DNA of 64,000 nucleotides from Spirochaetia bacterium (GTDB lineage Bacteria; Spirochaetota; Spirochaetia; WTKD01; G963693115): NCBI GenBank assembly GCA_965196605.1, contig CBDAKK010000004.1, positions 65,919 to 129,918 of the forward strand, read 5' to 3'. Shown piece by piece: positions 53,810 to 64,000 of this stretch (position 1 is its first letter; each line of letters starts with the position of its first letter). The notes under the pieces were generated by a model. It saw only the letters and a program-made list of their open reading frames with translations, ran no database searches and was not told where the DNA came from. The position numbers and the translations under genes were made by a program.

Positions 53810-54610
53810 TTTGTGGGGGGACCACACACCCCATGGGATGAAACGCAGTTTTGCTTTGTGGGGGAGCATCCCCCACAGCGGCTTTTTCTTTTCTTTCTTT
53901 GGTACTCTTCTTTCTTTTCTTTTTGCGTCGCACAAAAAGAAAAGAAAGAAGAGTACAGCCGTCCGAGGCATCATCATATCGCGTCACGCGCAGTGGCAAC
54001 AAAAAGCGTGAGCCACGATACACACGGCGTGTAGCCTACTCGCGCGCAGCGCTCAACACGCATGAGTAATCTCTATACCTTGTACCTTAGTCCCTATGGC
54101 GTAGCCCCACAGGATGTTTTTTTTCTTTTCTTTGGTTCTTTCTTTGGTGCAAGTTCCATGTTTGTGCCGCATCGCGGCACTTATGCGGTAGTTTGCACCC
54201 GTTCGCCTTCGGCTCTCGACTCTTTTGATGCAAGCTCCATGTTTGCACCGCACAGCGGTGCTTATGCAATAGTTTGCATCCCCTCGCTACGCTCGTGAGC
54301 GTCATCACAGCCGCCCCATGGACGACACAAGAAGCGTTTGCTTAATACGTGGGGGTGTGGGGGAGCATCCCCCACAGCGGCTTTTTCTTTTCTTTCTTTG
54401 GTACTCTTCTTTCTTTTCTTTTTGCGTCGCACAAAAAGAAAAGAAAGAAAGTACAGCCGTCCGAGGCATTATCATAATGCGCCCCACGCGATGGCAGCAC
54501 GCAGCGTGCACACACAAAGCGTAAGCAAAACACATATGGCGTGCAGCCTCGCGCGCGCGTAGCGCAGGGCAGCGTCTTACCCCAAGGGGGGTGTGGGGGC
54601 AAAGCCCCCA
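53810..54610. repeat. Composite modular repeat locus R6
   Basis: ~115-bp internal direct repeat (~53860-53975, ~54360-54470), hairpins B' (~54145-54220) and B (~54227-54320), module D (~54572-54610). Confidence 0.88.
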
Positions 54611-54648
54611 TCTATACATGCAAATGCATAACTTTTAAAATAAAGCGT

Positions 54649-57144
54649 ATGAGTTTTCACCTTGTTATAGTAGAGTCGCCTACAAAGGCTAAAACGCTGG
54701 CAAAGTTTTTGCCCAAAGAGTATGAAATTGTTGCAAGCGTAGGGCATGTACGAGACTTGCCTCAGAGTGCTTCTGACATTCCTGAAAAGTATAAGCCGCT
54801 TGCGTGGTCGCGTTTGGGCATAGATGTTGATAATGACTTTGCGCCTTTGTACATTACCATTAAGGGTAAGGGAAAGATAATAAGCGAAATAAGGAAGAAG
54901 GTAAAATTGGCGGATTCGCTTATTCTCGCTACGGACGAAGATAGGGAAGGCGAGAGTATTGCGCATCATATAACGCAGTTGGCAAAGCCGTCCGTGCCTG
55001 TAAAGCGCATGGTGTTTCATGAAATTACTAAGAGTGCTATTTTAGAGGCGCTTGAGGCCTTTCGGGATATAGACAACAATTTGGTAAAGGCGCAAGAGAC
55101 GCGCCGCATTCTTGACCGCTTGTTTGGATACCAGCTTTCGGGTTTGTTGTGGAAGAAAATAACCTACAAGCTTTCTTCGGGGCGCGTGCAGTCGCCGGGC
55201 TTGCGGCTTTTGGTTGAGCGCGAGCGCGAGCGCAATGTGTTTAAAAAAGCACATTATAGCAACGTGAACGCGCTTTTTAATCAAGCGGACATGGCGTTTT
55301 ATGCACGCCTTATATCCATTGAGGGTAAGCGCATTGCCACGGGTTCAGACTTTGACAACGCGGCAGTGCTTACCAAAAAAAATGTTGTGCACCTTTCGCA
55401 TGAGGCGGCGGTGGAAGTGGTAAGCAAGACAAAAGACAAGGATTTTATCATTGCTTCAATAGAAAAAAGTCCGCAAAAGGTTTCGCCGCCCGTTCCGTTT
55501 ACAACGTCAACTTTGCAACAAGAGGCAAATAGAAAGCTGCGTCTTTCCGCGCGTGAGACCATGCGCACGGCGCAAATGCTTTACGAACAGGGTTTTATAA
55601 CCTACATGAGGACGGACTCGCCCGCGCTTTCGTCACAGGCAATACAGGCCGCGCGTCAGTATATAAGTAAGCAGTTTGATGCACAGTATCTCCCTGAAAA
55701 GCCGCGCATTTTTTCTTCAAAAAGCAAGAGCGCGCAAGAGGCGCACGAAGCCATACGTCCTGCGGGAACACAATTTACGGAGCCAACTCACACCGGCTTG
55801 TCGGGGCGTGAGTTGCAGTTGTACAAGCTGATATGGGAGCGCACCATAGCCTCACAAATGGCACATGCGATAAAGGCTACTACGAGTGTCGAGTTTCATG
55901 TGGACAATTACGTTTTTAATGCAAGTGGTTCTACGCTTACTTTTCCCGGCTTTCTTGCGCTTTACACCTTTTCAAAGGTGGAAGAAAAGCTGCTGCCTGA
56001 TGGGCTTGAGGAAAAGGCAAGGCTGCGCCCTGCTGAAGTTGCGGTGGAAGACCATGAGACTAAAGCGCCGAGTCGCTATAATGATGCTTCGCTTGTAAAG
56101 CAGCTTGAGGCGCTGGGTATAGGCAGGCCGTCTACCTACGCCACTATTATAAACACGCTTTTAGACCGTGGGTACGCGCGTAGAGCGGAGCAGGCGCTGA
56201 TACCAACCCTGATGGGTTTTGCGGTCACGCAGTTTTTAGAGAAGAATTTCAATGATTATGTGGATTACAATTTTACCGCACAAATGGAAGACGTGCTTGA
56301 CGATATTGCAGATGGAACTCGTAATGGGTTGGATTATTTGAAGGAGTTTTACTTTGGGGATGTGGGGCTTAAGGCTCGCATTGAAGGGGGGGATTCTATA
56401 GACAGCGATACATCGCGAAGGATAGAGTTTCCTGAATTGGATGCAAAGTACGAAGTGCGCGTTGGGCGTTATGGGGCTTTTATACAGCTGGTTGGCGGAG
56501 ATTCAAAGGAGAACTTTTCAGTTCCAGAAGACTGTAACCCCGCTGATATTAATGCAAAGTATATTGAGGAGCTTGCAGAAATTAAGCGTCTTGGTCCGCA
56601 AAGCATGGGGACTGACCCAGAAACCGGAAAAAACGTGTACTGCCTTACGGGGCGTTACGGGCCATATGTACAGTTGGGTGAAGTTACAGACGAAGAGCCA
56701 AAGCCAAAACGCGCTCAAGTAACAAAGGGCTTTTCTCCAAGTGCCTTAACACTGGAACAGGCCTTGCAGTTGTTAAGCATTCCTAAGGTTCTTGGGAGTG
56801 ACCCTAAAACCGTCAATGATGTGGTGGTACATCAAGGGCGCTTTGGTCCATATATAAAATGTGGGGATGAAACACGCACCCTTAAGAAGGATGATAATCT
56901 TTACACAATAGCCCTACCTCGCGCGCTTGAATTGCTTGCTGAAACTCCAAAGAAGAGGAAGCGTGCATCTTCGTTGGTAAAAGACCTTGGCGCAGACCCC
57001 AAGAACAAGAAGCAGGTTGCTATATATGAAGGGCCGTACGGGCTCTATGTAAAGTATGGCAATAAAAACGTGCGCATACCAGAGGATAAGAAAGAAAATA
57101 TTCTGCAATCTTCTTTGAAAGAAGTACTTCAATTTTGCTCTTGA
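54649..57144 (+). CDS. topA: DNA topoisomerase I with C-terminal Toprim_C-type repeats
   Basis: LVIVESPTKAKT, ATDEDREGE, SSGRVQS, ITYMRTDS, AQEAHEAIRP, GIGRPSTY; repeated GRYGPY motifs, no Zn ribbons. Confidence 0.97.
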   Translation: MSFHLVIVESPTKAKTLAKFLPKEYEIVASVGHVRDLPQSASDIPEKYKPLAWSRLGIDVDNDFAPLYITIKGKGKIISEIRKKVKLADSLILATDEDREGESIAHHITQLAKPSVPVKRMVFHEITKSAILEALEAFRDIDNNLVKAQETRRILDRLFGYQLSGLLWKKITYKLSSGRVQSPGLRLLVERERERNVFKKAHYSNVNALFNQADMAFYARLISIEGKRIATGSDFDNAAVLTKKNVVHLSHEAAVEVVSKTKDKDFIIASIEKSPQKVSPPVPFTTSTLQQEANRKLRLSARETMRTAQMLYEQGFITYMRTDSPALSSQAIQAARQYISKQFDAQYLPEKPRIFSSKSKSAQEAHEAIRPAGTQFTEPTHTGLSGRELQLYKLIWERTIASQMAHAIKATTSVEFHVDNYVFNASGSTLTFPGFLALYTFSKVEEKLLPDGLEEKARLRPAEVAVEDHETKAPSRYNDASLVKQLEALGIGRPSTYATIINTLLDRGYARRAEQALIPTLMGFAVTQFLEKNFNDYVDYNFTAQMEDVLDDIADGTRNGLDYLKEFYFGDVGLKARIEGGDSIDSDTSRRIEFPELDAKYEVRVGRYGAFIQLVGGDSKENFSVPEDCNPADINAKYIEELAEIKRLGPQSMGTDPETGKNVYCLTGRYGPYVQLGEVTDEEPKPKRAQVTKGFSPSALTLEQALQLLSIPKVLGSDPKTVNDVVVHQGRFGPYIKCGDETRTLKKDDNLYTIALPRALELLAETPKKRKRASSLVKDLGADPKNKKQVAIYEGPYGLYVKYGNKNVRIPEDKKENILQSSLKEVLQFCS

Positions 57145-57281
57145 GGAAATAAGGGGCACAAAGTGTGCGTATAAGTGAGGGCGTCTTGAACGCGCGGCCT
57201 TAGCATGGGCGTTGTGTTTGTGTAGGGTTGTGCCTTGTGCATGGCCTTTGTGAGTGGTGCTTACTCATACTAAAAACAGCG

Positions 57282-58532
57282 CTAGTCGTTTTTTGTGCCT
57301 TTCAAGTTTTCGCATAACACGCTTGTAAGTGTTTTCATGGCGCGCGCTATAACGTGGTGAGGGCATATGAGCGTGGGCGCAAGGCGCAAGGAGTTTTCGC
57401 CCGTACGCAGTATGAGCAAGCCCTTTTTGCGTGCTTGTGCAACAATCTCATTTGCATTGCATTGGTGCGGTAGTTCAATGCCGCGTAGGTGTCCCCTCCC
57501 TAGGGCGCTTATGCTTATATCGGGGTAGCGCTTTTTTACCTGTTGTATAAGCCCTTGAAGCTGCTTTTCAAGCTGCCGCGCCGAAGCCGCTATTTCAATG
57601 TGGGTGAGCTTGCTCAGTAGTTTTTTCAAAAAGGCGTTTGCAGCAGCACAGGTTACGGGGTTGCCCCCCATGGTGGAGCCGTGGTCGCCGGGTGAGAGCA
57701 TGCCTGTTATGTTTTCGCTTATAATGGTGGCGCCTATGGGCAGTCCACCGCCTAAAGACTTTGCTAGTGTTATTATGTCCGGCTGCATTTTATAATGCTC
57801 ACAGGCAAGCGCGGTACCCGTGCGGTACAAGCCGCTTTGCACCTCGTCGGCAATAACAAAAATGCCGTGCTTTTTACGCGCCTCCATTATTGCATCAACA
57901 AAGGAGGGCGTAATTTCACTCAGTCCACCTTCACCTTGTATGGGCTCTACAATAATGGCTGCTGTTTTTGCAGATGCTGCGCGCTCTAGGGCACTGCTGT
58001 CGTTGTAGGGTATGGTGGTGCAATTTGGGAGCAATGGGTAAAATTTTTTTTTGTAGGCTTCGCGCGCGGTAACTGAGAGTGCGCCCATGGTGCGCCCGTG
58101 AAATGCGTTGGTGCATGCTATGAATTCCAGCTTTTCTTCATCACCGCCTTGGTACTTTGCCGCAAGGCGCGCAAATTTGAGTGCCGCCTCGTTTGCCTCG
58201 GTGCCACTGTTTGAAATATACGCAGCCTTAAAGTATTGATTGTTGCATGCAGTGTTTGCAAGCTTTACCAGCGTTTTACACAACTGCATGTGCGGCTCAT
58301 TGGTAAAGTAATTAGAACAGTGAATGAGCCTTTCCATTTGCCTTTGTACCGCCCCACCTATAATGTCCCAACGGTGTCCAAGCGCGTTTACAGCTATACC
58401 GCTGGTAAAGTCAAGGTACTTTCTCCCCTTGTTATCAAACACGTAGTCGGCATTACCGTAGGTTAATACAAGAGAGGGGCTGTATATAGGCGGCGCACCC
58501 TCGGGTGCGTGCATCTCGTTTTCAGTATTCAT
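57282..58532 (-). CDS. argD: Acetylornithine aminotransferase (class III PLP)
   Basis: YLDFTSGIAVNALGH, NSGTEANEAALK, FHGRTMGALS, EPIQGEGG, DEVQSG, AKSLGGG, HGSTMGGNP. Confidence 0.9.
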   Translation of the reverse strand: MNTENEMHAPEGAPPIYSPSLVLTYGNADYVFDNKGRKYLDFTSGIAVNALGHRWDIIGGAVQRQMERLIHCSNYFTNEPHMQLCKTLVKLANTACNNQYFKAAYISNSGTEANEAALKFARLAAKYQGGDEEKLEFIACTNAFHGRTMGALSVTAREAYKKKFYPLLPNCTTIPYNDSSALERAASAKTAAIIVEPIQGEGGLSEITPSFVDAIMEARKKHGIFVIADEVQSGLYRTGTALACEHYKMQPDIITLAKSLGGGLPIGATIISENITGMLSPGDHGSTMGGNPVTCAAANAFLKKLLSKLTHIEIAASARQLEKQLQGLIQQVKKRYPDISISALGRGHLRGIELPHQCNANEIVAQARKKGLLILRTGENSLRLAPTLICPHHVIARAMKTLTSVLCENLKGTKND

Positions 58533-58629
58533 AATTTTGTAGTTGCTTTTGTTATAAACTTTGATACTATGATACCACGAAAAACGTCTATGCATTTACT
58601 ATTGGGGTTATGCTTGCTTGCGCATGGTA

Positions 58630-58785
58630 CTTTGCCTTTGTGAGGGAGTTGCCCCACACCCCCCTTTTAGTAAGACGCGGTACACCGTCCTTGGCGCTTA
58701 GGTGCGTCCCATGATGTCGGCTCCATATTAATTATACGGGACTCCATCCTGCTGCGCAGACATGGGACGAGCGACCATGCTGCTG
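58630..58785. repeat. Repeat-family modules flanking the tandem array (R7)
   Basis: Reverse module D (~58652-58680); catgatgtcggctccat is the reverse complement of ~27558-27574; catgggacgagcgacc matches 1135-1150. Confidence 0.7.
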
Positions 58786-60707
58786 CGCAGATACGAAGTC
58801 ACTGCTGACAACTGCATCCAGCGCAGCAAGGCGGAGCGTAACATGGATACTCGCAGATACGAAGTCACTGCTGACAACTGCATCCAGCGCAGCAAGGCGG
58901 AGCGTAACATGGATACTCGCAGATACGAAGTCACTGCTGACAACTGCATCCAGCGCAGCAAGGCGGAGCGTAACATGGATACTCGCAGATACGAAGTCAC
59001 TGCTGACAACTGCATCCAGCGCAGCAAGGCGGAGCGTAACATGGATACTCGCAGATACGAAGTCACTGCTGACAACTGCATCCAGCGCAGCAAGGCGGAG
59101 CGTAACATGGATACTCGCAGATACGAAGTCACTGCTGACAACTGCATCCAGCGCAGCAAGGCGGAGCGTAACATGGATACTCGCAGATACGAAGTCACTG
59201 CTGACAACTGCATCCAGCGCAGCAAGGCGGAGCGTAACATGGATACTCGCAGATACGAAGTCACTGCTGACAACTGCATCCAGCGCAGCAAGGCGGAGCG
59301 TAACATGGATACTCGCAGATACGAAGTCACTGCTGACAACTGCATCCAGCGCAGCAAGGCGGAGCGTAACATGGATACTCGCAGATACGAAGTCACTGCT
59401 GACAACTGCATCCAGCGCAGCAAGGCGGAGCGTAACATGGATACTCGCAGATACGAAGTCACTGCTGACAACTGCATCCAGCGCAGCAAGGCGGAGCGTA
59501 ACATGGATACTCGCAGATACGAAGTCACTGCTGACAACTGCATCCAGCGCAGCAAGGCGGAGCGTAACATGGATACTCGCAGATACGAAGTCACTGCTGA
59601 CAACTGCATCCAGCGCAGCAAGGCGGAGCGTAACATGGATACTCGCAGATACGAAGTCACTGCTGACAACTGCATCCAGCGCAGCAAGGCGGAGCGTAAC
59701 ATGGATACTCGCAGATACGAAGTCACTGCTGACAACTGCATCCAGCGCAGCAAGGCGGAGCGTAACATGGATACTCGCAGATACGAAGTCACTGCTGACA
59801 ACTGCATCCAGCGCAGCAAGGCGGAGCGTAACATGGATACTCGCAGATACGAAGTCACTGCTGACAACTGCATCCAGCGCAGCAAGGCGGAGCGTAACAT
59901 GGATACTCGCAGATACGAAGTCACTGCTGACAACTGCATCCAGCGCAGCAAGGCGGAGCGTAACATGGATACTCGCAGATACGAAGTCACTGCTGACAAC
60001 TGCATCCAGCGCAGCAAGGCGGAGCGTAACATGGATACTCGCAGATACGAAGTCACTGCTGACAACTGCATCCAGCGCAGCAAGGCGGAGCGTAACATGG
60101 ATACTCGCAGATACGAAGTCACTGCTGACAACTGCATCCAGCGCAGCAAGGCGGAGCGTAACATGGATACTCGCAGATACGAAGTCACTGCTGACAACTG
60201 CATCCAGCGCAGCAAGGCGGAGCGTAACATGGATACTCGCAGATACGAAGTCACTGCTGACAACTGCATCCAGCGCAGCAAGGCGGAGCGTAACATGGAT
60301 ACTCGCAGATACGAAGTCACTGCTGACAACTGCATCCAGCGCAGCAAGGCGGAGCGTAACATGGATACTCGCAGATACGAAGTCACTGCTGACAACTGCA
60401 TCCAGCGCAGCAAGGCGGAGCGTAACATGGATACTCGCAGATACGAAGTCACTGCTGACAACTGCATCCAGCGCAGCAAGGCGGAGCGTAACATGGATAC
60501 TCGCAGATACGAAGTCACTGCTGACAACTGCATCCAGCGCAGCAAGGCGGAGCGTAACATGGATACTCGCAGATACGAAGTCACTGCTGACAACTGCATC
60601 CAGCGCAGCAAGGCGGAGCGTAACATGGATACTCGCAGATACGAAGTCACTGCTGACAACTGCATCCAGCGCAGCAAGGCGGAGCGTAACATGGATACTC
60701 GCAGATA
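58786..60707. repeat. Perfect tandem array, 29 x 66 bp plus 8 bp
   Basis: Unit cgcagatacgaagtcactgctgacaactgcatccagcgcagcaaggcggagcgtaacatggatact; (60700-58786)/66 = 29; the three open-frame translations are perfectly periodic; no spacers. Confidence 0.97.
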
Positions 60708-60832
60708 TGTGATGGAAAAAGACGAAAATAGAACTAAAGAAAGTCGAGAGCGCGAATGCGCGACGCCCGCCTCCCACAACGTCTTTATTGCTCATTGCAG
60801 GCTTTTCTCATACAATGAAATTACTTTTTATC

Positions 60833-62392
60833 ATGCATATATCTCGCGAAGAAATAGAACAACTGCATCCTATAGAAACGCATATTTTGTTGCACATTGC
60901 GGAAGCGGGAGACGCTGTCTTTACTGCTGATGATCTGCTTTCTAGTACAGGATTGGTTTTGGGACAGGTGAACCAAGGCATAAGCTGGCTTGTGGGCAAG
61001 TCGCTTATTAGTGAAAAAAGCCGCGCTCGAGTAACGGACTTTGACCTTACCGACTTAGGGCTTTTGTGGAAGAAGGCGGGCACACCACATGCGCGTGTTT
61101 TTGCACAACTACGCAAAACTCCCGCAAGCTTTGAAGAACTTGCCGCGCAGTTTCCTGATATTTCGCAAAGCGAGATTGGCTCGGTTTATGGCTTTTTGGC
61201 CAAAGCCCAGCTGGTGCGCATGGACAAAGAAAAACGCATTAGCGTAGCCCAAGACGCAGAAGAAACTCCACCTGTGTTGCGCGCTTTGGAGCTTGCCTTG
61301 CACACAAAAGAGGCTCAGGCGGACGAAGCAATGCGCGAGCATATTGAAAGCATGCGTGAGGCATTTTCAAAAAAGCGTGGCGCTGCGGCAGCCCCCTTAA
61401 AGAAAATTGAACGAGAAATAGTACACTACGCCATAAGCGAGCTGGGGAAGACGTGGGCAGAAGCCGCGCGCACCTATGGGCTTACTGGCGAAGAGGTAAA
61501 CGCCTTGAGCGCGCAAATGCTCAAAGACGGCAGCTGGAAGGATAAAAAATTTAGAGGCTACAATATTACCATGCCGCCTAACCGCGTACCCCTTGGGCGT
61601 GAACATGCCTACGCGCAGTTTTTGCGGCAGGTTAAAGACAAGCTTGTAGCGCTGGGCTTTCAAGAATTTGACGGCTCACTTGTGGAAACGGAATTTTGGA
61701 ATTCAGATGCGCTTTTTATGCCGCAGTTTCACGCAGCACGCGACATACACGACGTGTACTACGTGGACACACCTACGCATGCACGCCACGTTCCCAGCGC
61801 TTATGTAGACGCAGTTGCTGCGGAGCATGAGCGTGGCGCCAGTTCTGGCAGCAGAGGCTGGCAATATTCATTTGACAAAAACTTTACTAAGCGTTTAATT
61901 TTGCGTAGTCAAGGCACGGTCATGTCTGCAAAAACTCTGCCAACAGCGGCCGTGCCGGGCAAATACTTTGGCGTTCTCCGCGTCTTCCGTCACGACAAAG
62001 TGGACGCCACGCATCTTTCTGATTTTTACCAAACCGAAGGAATAGTCCTAGGCAAAGACGTAAACTTGCAAATGCTTCTGGGTCTTTTGAAAATTTTCGC
62101 AGAGGAATTTGCCCATGCTGAAGAAGTAAAATACGTCCCGGGTTATTTCCCATTTACCGAGCCCTCCGTGGAAGTGCACATAAAACACCCGCAAATAGGC
62201 TGGATGGAACTAGGCGGCAGCGGCATTTTTCGCCCAGAAGTCACTAAACCGCTGGGTATAGACGTGCCTGTTGCTGCGTGGGGAATAGGCGTAGACAGAA
62301 TGGCAACCATACAAATGAAGATTACGGACATTCGCGACCTCTTCAGTTTCGACTTGGAACAAAACATTCTACGCCAAGGAGTACGCCTCTAA
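60833..62392 (+). CDS. pheS: Phenylalanine--tRNA ligase alpha subunit, long archaeal/eukaryote-type
   Basis: FWNSDALFMPQFHAARDIHD, DATHLSDFYQTEG, YFPFTEPS, GSGIFRPEV; long N-terminal extension. Start 60815 or 60833. Confidence 0.95.
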   Translation: MHISREEIEQLHPIETHILLHIAEAGDAVFTADDLLSSTGLVLGQVNQGISWLVGKSLISEKSRARVTDFDLTDLGLLWKKAGTPHARVFAQLRKTPASFEELAAQFPDISQSEIGSVYGFLAKAQLVRMDKEKRISVAQDAEETPPVLRALELALHTKEAQADEAMREHIESMREAFSKKRGAAAAPLKKIEREIVHYAISELGKTWAEAARTYGLTGEEVNALSAQMLKDGSWKDKKFRGYNITMPPNRVPLGREHAYAQFLRQVKDKLVALGFQEFDGSLVETEFWNSDALFMPQFHAARDIHDVYYVDTPTHARHVPSAYVDAVAAEHERGASSGSRGWQYSFDKNFTKRLILRSQGTVMSAKTLPTAAVPGKYFGVLRVFRHDKVDATHLSDFYQTEGIVLGKDVNLQMLLGLLKIFAEEFAHAEEVKYVPGYFPFTEPSVEVHIKHPQIGWMELGGSGIFRPEVTKPLGIDVPVAAWGIGVDRMATIQMKITDIRDLFSFDLEQNILRQGVRL

Positions 62393-64000
62393 TGCCAAAA
62401 ATTACGATTTCAAAGTCGCTTTTTTACTCGCTGTTGGGAGACGAGCCAGACGTAGACACATTAGAAACCATGCTTGTGTGCGCAAAGGCAGAACTGGACG
62501 CAGTGGATATAGAGAGCGTGAAAATAGAATTGAATGACACGAATCGCCCTGACCTGTGGACAACGGCAGGGCTTGTGCGCCAGTTAAAAACCTATTATTA
62601 CGGGCAGGCTTTGCCCCAATACGCATTTTTAGATGCACCCCCCGCAGCAGAGAAAATCATACAGGTTGAGTCTTCTGTTCAATCGATACGCCCTTACGTT
62701 GCGGGTTTTTTGGTGCATGGCAAGACTGTGGATGCCGTAATTTTAGATGAACTTATACAAATACAAGAAAAACTTTGTGATAACTTTGGGCAGCGCCGCA
62801 AAGCCCTTGCCATAGGCTTGTATTCTGAAAAAAAAATACGCTGGCCAGTACGCTACCGAGCAGAAGACCCCGATGCTTCGCGCTTCATGGCCTTGGGTGA
62901 AAGCGCGCCTCAGTCGCTTCGAGAAATTCTTAACCAGCACCCCAAGGGCAAGGAGTATGGGCATTTACTGAGCAATATGAGTGCCTACCCCATGCTACGA
63001 GATGCTGCCGATGAAGTCTTGTCCATGCCTCCTATTATAAACAGCGCGTCTTTGGGGGCTGTGCAAGAGGGCGATGATGCGCTTTTTGTGGAATGCACGG
63101 GAGAGAGTTTGGAAATGCTCCTGCTTGCTTGCGCTATTTTTGCTTGCGATTGTAGCGACATGGGCTTTGAAGTAGAGCCCGTGCAGACGCAGTATCCGCA
63201 CGATACGCCTTTGGGGCGCACCGTGGTAGCACCGCAGTATTTTCAAGAAAACCTGCATGTAAGCATGTCGAGTGTTGCTTCCATTTTGGGTGGCGAAATG
63301 AATTTTGAGCATGTGCAGAAAGCCCTCGCAGCAATGGGCGTGCCCATCTCCGAAAAAAACGAGAAAGCCTGTACCGTGCGCCCGCCTGTCTATAGAAATG
63401 ACTTTTTGCATGAAGTGGATGTTGTAGAAGACATTATGATAGGGCATGGACTGCATGCATTTACGCCGAGCATGCCAACGAGTTTTACCATAGGCTCATT
63501 ACACACCATAGAGCGCGTTTCCCGGAGGCTGGTTGCTAGCATGGTGGGACTCGGCTTTCAAGAAATGCTCTTTCCCTACCTTGGGAGTAAACGCATGTTT
63601 GTCGATGCCCTGTATCCAGAAGAAGCGCGCGATGATGTCGCATCAAGCTTGGTGAGGGTGTCAAACCCTATTTCGGAGAATTACGAATTTGTGCGTTCTT
63701 CGGCCTTGGCGCAGCTTTTGGAGGCAGAGCGTGTCTCGGCGCATAGCCCTTACCCGCATAAAATGTTTGAAATTGGCAAGGTAGCCTCGCGTGATGAAAC
63801 GCAAGACTACGGCACGCGCACCGACACCCTGCTTTCGTTCTTGCTGAGTGGCTCTGATGCTAATTTTACTGAAATAAACTCAGTAATAGCCGCAATACTC
63901 TATTATGAAGACATGCGTTGGCATGCCGAGCCATTAGTTGACGCGCGGTTTATAGAAAAACGCTGCGCGCGTATAGTTTGCAGTGACAGTGGCGCTACGC
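62392..64000 (+). CDS. pheT: Phenylalanine--tRNA ligase beta subunit, archaeal/eukaryote-type (runs off the window end)
   Basis: TAATG overlap with the pheS stop; MPKITI..KIELNDTNRPDLW..LSMPPIINS..YRNDFLHEVDVVED. Absent from the ORF track because no stop falls within the window. Confidence 0.93.
   Translation, partial: MPKITISKSLFYSLLGDEPDVDTLETMLVCAKAELDAVDIESVKIELNDTNRPDLWTTAGLVRQLKTYYYGQALPQYAFLDAPPAAEKIIQVESSVQSIRPYVAGFLVHGKTVDAVILDELIQIQEKLCDNFGQRRKALAIGLYSEKKIRWPVRYRAEDPDASRFMALGESAPQSLREILNQHPKGKEYGHLLSNMSAYPMLRDAADEVLSMPPIINSASLGAVQEGDDALFVECTGESLEMLLLACAIFACDCSDMGFEVEPVQTQYPHDTPLGRTVVAPQYFQENLHVSMSSVASILGGEMNFEHVQKALAAMGVPISEKNEKACTVRPPVYRNDFLHEVDVVEDIMIGHGLHAFTPSMPTSFTIGSLHTIERVSRRLVASMVGLGFQEMLFPYLGSKRMFVDALYPEEARDDVASSLVRVSNPISENYEFVRSSALAQLLEAERVSAHSPYPHKMFEIGKVASRDETQDYGTRTDTLLSFLLSGSDANFTEINSVIAAILYYEDMRWHAEPLVDARFIEKRCARIVCSDSGAT

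Noticed and set aside
53760-54620. Many short Phe/Lys-rich ORFs in repeat loci (also 1278-1741, 6180-6506, 20703-21265, 27166-28127)
   Set aside because: They are translations of non-coding repeat modules and polyT/polyA hairpins in multiple frames.
58786-60707. CRISPR array
   Set aside because: All 66-bp units are identical with no unique spacers, and no cas genes are in the window.
58728-60930. Three ~700-aa repeat ORFs as genuine CDSs
   Set aside because: They follow automatically from a stop-free 66-bp unit; they overlap each other and pheS and have no convincing RBS. Kept only as a hypothesis.

Overview
A 64-kb bacterial chromosome segment, most likely from a host-associated spirochaete. 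This is an inference from the long archaeal/eukaryote-type pheS-pheT pair, a NusG-domain-II protein, thyX and many lipoproteins. Housekeeping and metabolic genes (thyX, ilvC, aspA, split pntAA/AB/B, leuS, pcnB, glpF-glpK, topA, argD, pheST, an ABC importer) alternate with accessory DNA. The accessory DNA includes: an IS1595-family element (8001-11537, matching terminal inverted repeats) carrying a single-chain restriction-modification passenger; a type I RM locus whose hsdS has two nucleotide-identical TRDs; broken surface-protein genes; a perfect 29 x 66-bp tandem array; and a dispersed modular hairpin-repeat family with compensatory base changes. The best candidate for an undescribed system is a tandem pair of ~1,450-1,520 aa lipoproteins (36358-45608). 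Each has a ricin-B-like N-terminal region, two positionally conserved furin-type R-X-K/R-R sites and a hydrophobic segment right after the second site. One ends in RHDELR, like the ER-retrieval tails of cholix (RKDELK) and exotoxin A (REDLK), suggesting a host-protease-activated toxin/effector family. All calls come from reading the sequence; no database searches were run.
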